Positions 36,601-49,360 of a stretch of DNA of 64,000 nucleotides are shown one piece after another; positions within the stretch are counted from its first letter, which is position 1, and each line of letters begins with the position of its first letter. Made by a program: the position numbers and the translations under genes. Location of the stretch: assembly GCA_048013815.1 (NCBI GenBank), contig CM106586.1, positions 11,408,001 through 11,472,000 of the forward strand, given 5' to 3'. The notes below the pieces were generated by a model, which had not been told where the DNA came from, did no database searches, and saw only the letters and a list, made by a program, of their open reading frames with translations. The stretch comes from Setoptus koraiensis (lineage: Eukaryota; Animalia; Arthropoda).

Positions 36601-39106
36601 TTCGCGAGCATGAATATCACTACTCGATAGGAAATAATATTACGTCAAGTCGATATAGACGCAACGGCCGCTCGGCTCGAAATAACCTGCCCGAAATGAC
36701 AGATGCGAGCGGCTGTCAGCAACTCTGACAAGTTGTTTTGCAAGCGGCCGCGCAAGTGTCACAGGGGCCCCTGCGCTGCGCGTCCGCAGCCCGGGGGCCC
36801 CGTCGTCGCTGAACAGTCTTGACACAAATACAAACACAGCCACGGACATATCACGATGCTAGTTGCAAAGTTGTTTGCATCTGGCCAATCTTGGCCACTT
36901 AAAAGGCACCCACTGACTCCGCTAATCAGTCAGCTGAGCCCGGCCCGGTCGCTAATTTGTGACCTTTTTTTATTATTGTTATTGGGGCCGGCGTCGTTGT
37001 TGTTCTGGGGCCAGCGAATTGGGGCTAATTCCTTTGTCGGGCGACAATTCGAGCCGCACAGACTGGCCGAACGGAGGGCACAGATTGGCCAAACGGAGAG
37101 CAGAGCAAAATGCGCCCCCGAAAGGGCAAGCGAAAATTGATAAAGAATCAAAGAAGCGAAGACAGGTGAAAAAGAAACGGTCCAACAGTGGCAATCAAAT
37201 TCAATTTGAATCAATTTGCTCGCTGCTGGGGCCCCGCTGAACGGGCGCCCCCATTCAGTTGCATGCTATATTGAGGCTATATTGAGGTCTGTGTAATTGT
37301 TTGTGCCTCCGACAGTCGCTGCCCATCGCCAGCCATTTCTTAATGTGTTAATACGAACGTATGCGTGTGTGTGTGTGTGTTGACGTAGCCAGCGATTGGG
37401 GCCCCAAATTAGCGTGCATCTATACGTATGCGGCTGTGACTGGCATCATCAGGCATCGCGCACGCCAGCCAATAACGCAGCGCCAGATAACAATGCAAAT
37501 TATCGGCACGCCGGGCCCTCGTTTGCACTGATTTGCGCGCCACAGCACTGACCAATGGTCAGTTCTCTGGCAACAGCAACTAGCTATTATAATCATTATT
37601 ATATAGGGCCACTAGTTGGGGGCCCAATATGCGCTGCCCACTGGTTGTGTGTTTGTCCAACTCAACATCTGACATGAGGTATATTTATGCAATTTATCGC
37701 GTGGCGTTTATTTGCAGCTGGCGCTACTTGAGACGACGACGACGACGACTACGACGCCTTCTTCAAGCGCTTTATCAGGCCATCTCGGCTAGAATTATCT
37801 CATTTGCACAATGCCAATTGGGGCCCAGTTGAGGCGAACGGGGGGACGCCGATTGAGTTTTGCTGTTTTTTACTGCTGCCTGCGCGACCCCGGCCCCACG
37901 CAGGTCCGCACAGTGTGCGGCACGGAGAGGCCCACGGGCAGGCAAAAGGGTCCACAAAGGGACCCACAAACAGACAAATCTACAACCAGATCCAATTGGC
38001 AATAAATCGAACTAGGTTACCCAACGCTGGCAACGAGAATTTTCCGGATCCAACCAAATAAAATCGCGCCCGCGCTTGAATCGCTATCGAATGGCATTCG
38101 AATGGCGAATAATAATTGGCGAATAATAATAAAATTGGGGCCCGAATCTTGTTAGCAGGCAGCTGATTGAGAGTCGCTCCTGATTTGACCACCGCAACGC
38201 ACATGCACACGCGCCGCCGGTGCCGGTGCCTGTAATGAAAACCCACCTCGAATAGAATGAAAATTGAATTATCCAAGCAACAACAACAACGGCGGCTAAT
38301 TCAACTAGAGCCACTTGGCGCGACCCGCCACTTAAAGCGCCGGCCGGGCCGGGCCGGGCCCCACTGGCCGCTTGCGGCGGCTTCTTCGGCTGCAGCAAAC
38401 GCGCGGCCACTCAACTTGACTGGAAACTCGCCAGCAACTCAACAAGAGAGCCCACGTCAATTGATTTATCATTTGGGCCACATATCGGGCAACGTTCGGT
38501 TTTGTTGGTTTGGTTTGTGTGTTTGAGCAATATCTAAAAAACGCACTCTCGTCAGGCTGGCGCGCACAACCGTCAGGCCAGTGACGTCATCGGGTGCCCT
38601 CTTGCTGATGCAAACACTCGGTAAACACAAGCGACACGAGCAACAAGCCGTCGCACTAATAATAGTGCACACCAACCTGGGCCCCGGGGCCCCATCGCGA
38701 GCCATCACAACAGTGGGCTGGCAACTTGTCAGCAACTTATGCATTCATAATTTGGCTGCAAGAAAGACAAACAACAGCCAGCGAGCCTCTAACTGAGCTG
38801 ATCACAATCACAACAGCGCCCACTAAACTAACTAAAGTGCCAATTAACAGATAAGTGACGCTCGCCGGCGAGCGCCACTTATCAATGTCGATATTGGGGC
38901 CGATATTGAGCGGAGAGCCCCCTTAATTTTCTCAGGGCTGGCCGGTTGCGGTGAGTTGTGGCTGTAGCGCCCCATCCTCGGATTGCACCGGACACGGCGT
39001 TGTTAACTTGAGGGCATCCCGCATCCCCAAGTGACACCCTGAGTGAGACCCCGAAATTCGGGACCCGGAATGCGAGATTTCGCTGCATCGGGTTTGGCCC
39101 CACCTT

Positions 39107-39160
39107 ACAAGTTGTAAGTCACAAGTTGTAAGTTACGAGTTGTAAGTTACGAGCTGTAAG
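39107..39160. repeat. 14-bp tandem repeat AC(A/G)AGTTGTAAGT(C/T), 4 copies
   Basis: Directly visible. Confidence 0.9.
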
Positions 39161-40558
39161 CCCGAAAGGGCCCCACGTTGACACTGGCATCGGTGGTTTG
39201 GTCACGTGGGTTTCATCATACCGAGATTTTGCACTCTTTCGTTGCACGACGCGTTTCGGCCCTCCGACGATAAGATGATCGAACGATCAGCTGATCCGAT
39301 TGCGAGGATCCGATTGCGATGATCCGATTGCGACGATTCGAACTGGGCACCCGGAACGGGGACACTGACCGATGCGTCTGGCAGCAGCGTTGAATGTATG
39401 TTTTTACATTGTATGTGGCCGGTTGATTGCAATTTGCAACAACTGCAAGCATTACAAGTGTAGTTGTTGTTAGTTTGCGGCGCTAATTCTCTGCTGCTAA
39501 TGTGACGCACAGATTGCTGCGTGGGGCGCCCCCAACAGGGCGAACACAGCGCCAAAAGAGCGCGAAATGGGCGCAACAGCCCGTAGAGTTGCTGTCAGCC
39601 GATGGAGCGGGCCCCATAAATTATTGTGATCGCTTGTGTCAAACGCAAGCTACCGAATGTCAGCCAGTGTCAGGCGATAATAATAATAATAATAATGTTC
39701 GTAAAACTGTCGGCTGTTGTTGAGTGAGCAAGTCAACAGCTGAGCAAAGCTGTTGCTCGAGCCTCGAGTATGATACCGGCTCACTGGCCGCAAATCCGTG
39801 TAACCGCGTACGCCCACGCGAACAGCTTGTTTATCTAGCAACCGGTGGCGCCCCTTCCGGCTGCCAGATTACACATACATGCACAGATTATAGACGGAGC
39901 CGGTGCCGGTCAGCGCAGTTTGCGACAACTTGTGCGCCCAAACTGAGGCACGCTGTCGGATCGTTGCCCGTAATGGGGCGCAGCAATCATCACTATTCAG
40001 CCTGAATATTATTCAGGCTGTGATTGGGCCACGCGAAACGGCACGGGCCAACCTGAAGAAATCATCTCATCAGCCGGGCCCCATTACAAAAGCTTCATTA
40101 GGCAGTTGTGATTTAAAGCACAAACCGGGCCCGACGCGAACACACAATGGCCGCGGCCCACTCACAGCCACTGACCATTTTTGCTGGCGGGCCCCTCGGT
40201 GTTTGTTGCCGGCCCCCACTGGTCGACAAAAGCAGGTTCTTTGTCGTTGTTGGGCGCCTGGCAGCATTTGAGAGTTGCAACTGTCGCGGCGCTGTCGTCG
40301 GCAAACAATCACGCCGGCCCGCAACAGTGACATCCCGCAACGAGCGCGCACACCGCCGAAAACGGAACGCTGAAAACGGAACGCTGAAAACACAACGCGG
40401 GCCCTAATGGGTGATTTATGCGCCCTCATTAATTATCATTATACAATTGGAGGCACGAGATAACTGAGTGCGTTGCGCATTTTGTGCGCGTCGGGCGCGC
40501 TGTCGGGCAGCACGATGACGCGCGTGCGGTTTGCCCATCGCGCGGGCCCCATTTCGTT

Positions 40559-40616
40559 GGCCGGCAATTTTCATCGGGCCGGCAATTTTCATCGGGCCGG
40601 CGATTTTCATCGGGCC
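40559..40616. repeat. 18-bp tandem repeat GGCCGGCAATTTTCATCG, 3 copies
   Basis: Directly visible. Confidence 0.9.
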
Positions 40617-41299
40617 GCAATCGGGCTCTTTGTTTGGTTTGTTTCTTTTGTGCTGGTCGATATTTTGTCGCAAAACACAATGTGCAAAATGCAGCATGTT
40701 GGCGCATATTGCGTCTCGGCTCGTTGTGCGTGGGCGTGCGCCCCCATCGCTGACACACAACCGCGTATGTTGACGTAATGACTGCGTGTATTGACGCTGG
40801 CAAACGCTGGCGGGCCATTAGGGCCGACTGGACATTTTTCATCGGCCCCATCGGCGCCGCCATTGTTTGCGCTATATTTAACAACAACTAAAAAACAAAA
40901 CATTGTGTGCATCGCTTGTCATTTATACATTGACACATCGAGCACACAGCGCGCCGCACACGTACGCTGTAAATCAATCTCGGGCCCCATTGATGCATCA
41001 GCACCGCGCACCGGATTCTTTGCACGGTGCACGGTGCACAGTCACCGCGGGCCGCCAAAATGACGGGCCGGCCGGCAGTGACGTAATTCCATTTAGAGGC
41101 TTCGAAACGCGCACCGCCAACCACCGGTTGCTGGCCGCAATCAGCTGTCGGGCAATCGGGGTACTCGTGTCCTAACGCCGTCCAGCTCTGGCCAGTATGT
41201 GCCACTGATGCAAGGTGCATGCAATCTCGCCATTACAACAATGGCTGCACCCTTGTGCAGGCCCCTTGCGACACAAGCTCGTTAGCGGCGCTGGCGCCC

Positions 41300-41367
41300 G
41301 TTACGTCACTTGCAAAGTTACGTCACTTGCACAGTTACGTCATTTGCACAGTTACGTCACTTGCACA
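41300..41367. repeat. 17-bp tandem repeat GTTACGTCACTTGCACA, 4 copies, each with a TTACGTCA bZIP-type site
   Basis: Directly visible: units at 41300, 41317, 41334 and 41351. Confidence 0.92.
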
Positions 41368-44300
41368 GGTGAGCCTCGGTGGGGCGCGTTCATTAACGGC
41401 GCCTTCTCGGGTGTTACGTAACACCAAACACGCAACACAATGGCGTCCGCAAATGTAAAGATGTAAATGATGCAGCTCATGTGCATGACACCCTCGGCCC
41501 CTTTACTGGGCGCACCGAGCCAGCGTTTTACTCGGCACTCTACGCCCATGTTGCACAGGGCACCCAATCGAGAGAGATTGTCCACTAGAGGGCCGCCGAA
41601 AGGATGTGTGCATTTCTTGAAAGTTGTCGCCTCTTTGGGGCGCGCTTCGCTCGTTTTCTACACTGGGCACTCGATTGTGTATCGCTGAATAGTATTATTG
41701 TTGCACTTATTTTGCATTGCGGCTGCATCCGATGCAAAATAATGGCGCTTGTGGGCAGCGTTTAACGCCGTCGAAGTCGTCCAGTCGAACGACACACCAG
41801 CCAGCGACTTCTTTGTTGCGTAATGAGCCGTTTGTTTCTTTTGAGGGGCCGTTTTCTTCACTTTCGAGCGGCCGTTGTCACTTGGCTTGGCTGGCTCGCT
41901 GCAAAACCGCTTGCCGGGGGATTAGGCAAAGCCAGCCGACAGCCAGCGAGCGTCTCTTTGTGTTGGCGGGCGTGCAATTATATGCCAACTGTCGCTCTAT
42001 TGTAATCATTTTCACGTGTTGTGGTTGCGCGTTGCATCAGCGGCAGCAGCAGCACTGGCGAGCGTGGCACCACGTGTTGTGTCGTCGTTGTTGTTGTTGC
42101 TGTTGTTGTTGTCGTTTTCATTGTCATCGTCGGCGCCTAAGCTGGCGCCGCTGCTGTCTGGCTGGCCAACAACTCGTGCAACTGGCGAGTCAAGTCGCTA
42201 ACGGCGCTATAGCCCCTATGTGTTGTGGCGACCGCGTCGCCATATCGCACCGCTGCCAACTGCCAGTTGTGGCGGGTCCCGAACAACAGTGTTTAATGTG
42301 CGCGCCACACAATGGGCCCCAATTCTCGGCTCGGCCCACAACTCGGGGGCCCTGAGCGACTTGACACACACACACACACATTGGCCGGTTGGCGCGTTGC
42401 GTTGAGATGCAACTTTATTCCGATATTCGCTCCATTTGTTTGGCACCGTTTGGTCGGGCTGGGGCCCCGCTCACACTGTGCGAGTGGCTACTGCGAGTCG
42501 CGCTGGCGACCAGGTGAGATATGGCCAGCCGAGAGATATGACAATTGCGCAAGAGTGAGTGCAACAGAGATAACAACACATTTGGCGCAAATTAATGAAT
42601 TTTTTTTCTCTACTTTTTTCTTTCTTGCTCGCTGTTGGCGGTGGCGCCGTTCGCCCGGGCGCCCCCACCAGCCGCTCGGCACAGCGTGGGCACCCGGCCG
42701 CTGGGCACCTATAATGGCGTCGCGCTGGCGTGCTTGTTTGCTTTTTTCTTTTCTTTTGGCGCCCCCGTTTGTTTGTTTGTGTCTACCTGTTTGTGATTTG
42801 CATCAGACACGCAACTTGTCGCAGCGGCGCCTCGCCAGTCGCCAGTCGCCACTAGGCCCGCTCTGGCCAGCCAACTAGTTAGCATATTGCAAACAATCTA
42901 TATTCTGGGGCCCCGTTCGGCAATGTCAACCCATTGTGCCGTTACTTATTATTGCAATTGGGCGAGCTTGAGGTCCGCGTGCGCGGGCTAATTGAGCGGC
43001 GCTCGCGTTCGCCCTCTGACGCGCTACCTGGCGGCATCTGGCCAGCGAAAGGCGCCCAGTGTGGCGACATTCGCGGGCCGGACACGGTCACCGCTGGACA
43101 GCTAGCGAATGTCGCCCGAAACGGCGCGCCGATCCGACGATCCGAGTCGCAACGCGAGGCAACGCGGCAACTGCCAAAACTTGTCCAACTTGGACAGTCC
43201 AAGTCGCCCCTGCCGCAAACCGAAGCTGCCCAGCGAGTAGATCATTTTTATGCTCGTGCGCTGCTCGTGTTTTATCTTGTTTTTCGCGCGGGCCGGCTGG
43301 CCTCATTTGCATAAATGATTGGCCGGCGGCAGCACTAACACGGGCTTAATTTTGGAAATCGGCCAGCGCGCGCGGGCCGGTATTACGGTTGTGATATTAT
43401 CGCAGCAGGCCAAATGGAGTGTATGACATGGAAACGAGCAATCGATTTGCATTGTCTCCGCTTTGGCGCGCTCGGGCGTCATTGGGCCATTACCGTTAAT
43501 AGAGGGTGTCGTATAGAGGGCGTTTATCTCAGCATGTCGGTAGCGTTTGGTCGGGCGCTGCAAATAACGCGCAATTGAGATGAAATCAAAGAAGGGGATC
43601 TAATTTTTATTCGCAATTGTTTTCGGCTCGCCTGGCAATTCGGCCGGGCCGGGCCGGGCCGGCCCGCTCGGCCCGCAGACAAGTGAGGCGATTTTGTCGC
43701 TTGTGTCGCCTGTGTCGCCCCAGAAGGCGGGCGCTCGGTGCGCCGATTCAGTGAAACGGAAACGGTCAAGCTGGACGGTGGGTGCAGCGTGGCGCCATTT
43801 GATCGCGCCCGACTCAGCCGGCCCGATCGAGACACATAATTTGCGTAAACAGAGGGGCCCCCAAAGTGCGCGCTTTGCCTTTTTTGGGCCACCAATTCCA
43901 ATAGGTTGCACACCTTAAATTTGTTCCATCATTTAACCGGTCGCACCGGCGGCGGCGCCGCGGCGTGTGTGTGTGTGTGTGTGTAAGTCATTAATGCAAA
44001 GAACAGGATTATTCATTCATGTTTTGTTTGCTTGCTCGATCATGCATACTGCATTCATTAGGCTCTCATTAGTTAATTTCGAACGGGCGCCGGGCGGCGA
44101 TTTCGGGGCCCGGCGCCTCAGTGTCGCCGCTGCGAGGCACGCAACGCTGGCCACTGCCGGCCACTGTTGCGAATTGGGGCCCGCGAGTCGCGGCTCGGAG
44201 CCGGTCGCGAGTCGCAAATCGGGGCCAGTCGCAAGTCGCAAGTCGCGAATCGGAGCTGGCTGCGGGCCGCCATCTTGCGAGCTGGGGCCCCGCTGGACAA

Positions 44301-47300
44301 CAATCCAAAGAAGCGTCTTGGTGCGCGCAACGCACTGCAGACCATGCACTGCAGAGGGCGCACTATAGGCCCCTCTGCAGTGCATAGTCTGGGGCGGCCA
44401 ATATCGCGCTCAGTCGGGTCGATATCGGGCCGATATCGGCGATATTTGCGTTATAATTGCGATGCTCGCAACACTCAATTCCGGTATATAAATTATACAA
44501 TATGCTGCAAGTTGGGGCGCCTGGCCACGCGCCCTTGCCGGCGCCACCGGTCATCATTAGTTTTTTTCTTTTATCTTGGGGGCACCATCTACAGACAATG
44601 CACGCTCAGTTTATCTGACCGGCCGGCCGTCTGTCTGGCCGGCGAGGCGCGGCATTAGTGGCGGCGGCGCTGCGCGGGGGCCCCGACTAATGCGCTCGCT
44701 TTATTAATATTAATACGTATGCGGTGGTGCGTATATTGAGAGCATGCACTCATTGTAGACCGATGGCTACAATGATGCCCAGTGTGCTTGTTGTGTATTG
44801 AAAATGATGGCAAACATTTCGTCGGCGTCAAATTTGAATATGCTAATTGATGGGGCCCCGACGACGGCCGAACACGTCGGGTTGACAAGCAATAACAAGC
44901 TACTGCAGTTGTGTATAATGCCGGTATTTGTGCGATACTCGTGTCTCTACGTTACCGGTATTTGTATGATACCTGTATACAAATGTATGATACCGGTATT
45001 TGTATTATGCAGCAAAATATTGCGTCGGCCGAGACGGAGGCCAGCCAGCCATCAATTCAGCGAGCAAACGAATGAAGCGTGAAATAATAATCTCAACTTT
45101 TATCTCGTTGGCGCTTTGTTTACACGACACGAGTCAACTGTTCGGTGGCAATTCTATTTATACGAAACAGCCGACATGTCGGGCCAATATCGCCGAATAT
45201 CGCAATATTGCTGGCAATATTGCTGGCGCTATTCATACCTGTCCGTAATATGCTGGCCAGTATTATAATCTGGCAGTATAATAAAATGAAAGGGGCCCAG
45301 CCAGCAATGCAGCACACTGGCCGGCCGCTTCTCGGTAGCCCGAGAGCAATGAGTTTGGCTTTAGATTGATGGCCTCTAATGACAAATTCACTCTAATGAC
45401 ACACGTCCGATTCGGACGGTTCGAATGAGCCGACGCGAATTAGCCGCTCGCAAATCCGACGCGCTCAATCTCGCTTGTTAAATCGGCGGATCAGTGGGCA
45501 TGATTGTCGATTGTTGGGCCCTTTTGTGACACAATTTGCTTTGTTGGCGTCGCATGGCGTCGTAATTGAAAGGCACGATAATTGTTGCTGCTGCTGCTGT
45601 TTACCTGTAAACATGCGCGCCGGTCAGACGTGCATTGCGTAACAGGCAAATGAGGGCATCATTGCAATGGAAATACCCCGGCAATGCCTCGTCATGTAGC
45701 ACAATGAGAAGCATCGAGAAGCATAATGAAGTGTATGATACATGCATAATATGCACGGCCAGCGATAAACATCGTCTCTAAAATCAATTCAACGAGAGAG
45801 GATTCACGAGAAAACAGCGAAACAGATACTACACACGCCAGTACGACAACAAATAATAAATAAATTAAGATTGATTATTCGACAATATAAAATGGTGACA
45901 CTCACAGAGAGCAGCATAATGATGCTGTTATGTAACTGATTAATGATTTTAGCTGCTGCTGCATTGCATAATCACTGTAATGATAATTGTCATTGGTGTG
46001 TGTGTGTGTGTGTGCATTGGACATTAAACATTTAATAATGTCAAACGGACAAACGACCAACTGACTACTATTGCAGCGTCTGGCTCAATTATACTGCAGA
46101 TATTGCCCAGATATTACAGTTTCAGGCTTGGATAAGTTGGGGAAATTGCAGTGCAGTTTTGGAGATCATTGGACAGGTATGTCGCAAATGCACTGAGGCA
46201 GTGTGGTGATAATATATTGTATTGAAATGCAAATCGAAGTGAAAAGAAGCGATCCAACGCAAGTGATATCATCATTCATTATATAGGTCACGTAACGTAA
46301 ATCCCGTCTCGGGCGCTGCCGATCGCCCCCTGTGCCCGTGCCCAAAATAGGCGAGCCAATTTTAGGTTGCAAACTATCAGCAGCAGCGTCATTTTTATTA
46401 CTATACCATTGTACAATCGGTGGGTATCGGTCATTACGTAAGCAGCGAGCATGTTCATCATTATTATTATTATTGGTCTTATCTCATTGGTCATAACGCC
46501 AATGCTCATAGTGCACCTGAGTCTCGTTTGGACCAAACAGCACCAACAGCGACGGGCGAAATTTTATCAGCCGACGCGCAGCAATCAATTGGGGCCAGTG
46601 TCAATTGACAATCGACAACCCACCAGCTCACTGGCTAACTAGCCAACTCAAATGACCATTTCTTTTCGGAAACAATCAAATCTCGATCGCGTTGTGTGCG
46701 TCGCACATGATAAACTGAGTGAAAATCGCCAATGCTCCTCTCGCCAGTGCCAAATAAAATATCTGGACCAGATGAGATAAGAGGCTTACAGCAGATAATG
46801 ATCGTTGTGGTGGCCACTGTCGATGACCGCTCCGAATCACCCGGCGACTAAATCAAAGATAACACACACACACACGCACACAATTGAACGCAACGGAATC
46901 AAATGGAATTGGAAATAGAAATTTATGAATATATAATGCGGGCCGCCGTCATCAGTATCGCCCCCATGTACAGCCAGTGGCCATAATGCGCCCAATGGTC
47001 GGCTTGTGGGGGGGCCCATTATTAACGAGCTGGCCGGTGGCGGGATACGCCAATAGATTGCGGGATGCACAACCAGATAACGACATCGAGCGTCAGATAA
47101 AATGGGCTTCGCCCAGATAATATCATTACGATTATTATGATTATTATTGTTGTTGTTGTTGTTATTATTGGTATCATTATTATTATTGATATTATTACAA
47201 GTTGAGTTTGAGTGTACTTTTTTGGTGCTGGTCGCAGCGTCTGCTGCGTCAATTGTTTGCTTGTACACCCGCGATATGCATCTATTCAATGGTGGATAGA

Positions 47301-47824
47301 TAACATACATATAGTTGTTGTTGTGGTTGTTGTATAATTTAATTGACTATTTATCATTTTGATTTAAAGCTCTTTAGGCCTGTATAGTTTGGTGTGCGCT
47401 CGGCAATTGGGCCGGCCACACACTCGTCTACCTGTTTGCTCTAATTTAGCAATTAATGAATCAGAGCAAACAGCATTTCGGAATATACATTTCATGTGAA
47501 CATTACATATGAACATTTGTGTGAGATATACGTAATCATATAGATATATATATTACTTGTTGCAAACATTTGTTGTATTATCATTAATACTTGTCTAGTG
47601 GTTGTGTCCATTGTTGTGGATACAATTTTGATTTTAAGTTTCCCTTTGTGTCCGTGCAATACGCTGACTATTTAACTATTTAGTTACTGCAACGACACTG
47701 CAATTGCCACTATCAGTTGACCAGTCAACTATGTTGTGATCGATTACGATCGAGCTGGCTCACTCAATAGCATTGCAATAATTTGTTTTTAGATCGTATT
47801 TAGTTTGTTTCTTAGTTTGGGCGC

Positions 47825-49328
47825 TCACATACAGGTGGCCTGAGAGTTTGTGTTTTGGCTCAAATACAATAGTTGCATAATGAGATTTACCGAATTTGAT
47901 ATCTCGGCCTTGTGATCGTTCATCATGTGCGAATTGAGCCATTTAATTGATTTAAAGCGCCTATCACAAATGGGACAAGCCTCCGTATAATGACTATAGT
48001 ACCTATTATTACTACTACCTGTAGTTGTGGTTGTTGTGTTGGTGGTTGTGTTGCTGTTGTTTGCGGTTGTGATAGCGGCCGCTGTTGCAATTGTCGATGG
48101 TGTTGTTGTTGGCGGCGTGTGCGCCGTGTTGCCGCTAGCCGAGCTGGAATTAGAGCTACTTCCGTTGTTGTTTGCCAGCACATTATCGACAACGTTGAGC
48201 GACAAACAACCGTTACTCGTTGTCTTTTGGCAAGTGGCGCCACTCGTGTTGGGCTGCTGCTGTTGTTGTTGTTGTTGTTGTTCGTTGTGACTATTGCTGG
48301 TGTCGATGGACAACGGCATCTGTTGATACTGATGCAATTGCTGCTGCTGGCAATGAAGTTGCTGCTGTTGTTGTTGTTGCTGTTGGTCTAATCCCGCCAG
48401 ACTCTCGACAGACGATACCGTGTTGGGCGTGTTGGGTAGCTGCTGGTGCGCCGCTTGGTTGCTGTTTCCGGTCAGCATACCCACGTCGCTCAGCAATGAG
48501 TTAGCTAACCGGGTATTTAGAGCGGCAAAGGGTGAGGCGGCCGGATTGAGGCGCGTGGATGTCACTTTTTGGTTGGCGACAGCGGCCGCAATGGACTGCA
48601 TTAGAATGTGGTGATGCTTTTGTTGTTGACTAGTCAAATTGGCAGCAGTGTTGTTGTTGTTGTTACTATTCGTATTCATGCTGCTACCCGTGGTGTTGTT
48701 GCTGACCGACACGTTGGACATTGCCGGCGACACGCACGACGCCGGACGACCCGACGACGACGAGGGTGTGTAGCCGCCGTGATTGTCGCCCGTGGAGGGA
48801 GGCCGAGTTTCGAGCGGTGAGTTGCGTTGTTGTTGCTGTTGTTGTTGTTGTTGTTGTTGTTGTTGCTGTTGTTGCTGTTGTTGGTGGTGGTGATGAAGTT
48901 GTTGTTGTTGTTGCTGTTGGAGTTGCTGATATCTCGCGTGGGCGGTCAACTGAGCGGTGGCCGCGGACAGGGCCGCCGCCGAATGAGCGGCAGCCGCCGC
49001 TGCTGCCGCCGCCGCCGCGGCGGAACCCGCGCCCACGCCCGACGAGTAATCTGTTATGCCGTGCGTGTTTGATTTGTGCACCTTGAGAAAGTATTTTGAG
49101 CACAATTCTTTTTGGCAAATATCACAAACAACGCCACCACTGTTCGAGGCCTCTTTTGGGTGTTCGTCTAGGTTGATGCCATGCATTTTGAGCATGTGGG
49201 TCTTCATAAAATACTTGTTGCACAATTCCTTATTGCATATATTACAATAATTAGTCCTATTATTGTTGATGACGTTCGCCGGAGCGGGCGCCTGACCCAT
49301 CGCCTGTTGTTGTTGTTTTTGATGCTGT

Positions 49329-49360
<32 letters not shown>

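Noticed and set aside
30200-47300. Dozens of overlapping 60-210 aa ORFs on both strands (e.g. 31587-32159, 33897-34529, 41717-42355, 42312-42878)
   Set aside because: They are Arg/Ala/Gly/Pro-rich with no recognisable domains, most lack ATG starts, and they are open in several frames at once. This is expected from stop-codon scarcity in GC-rich DNA.
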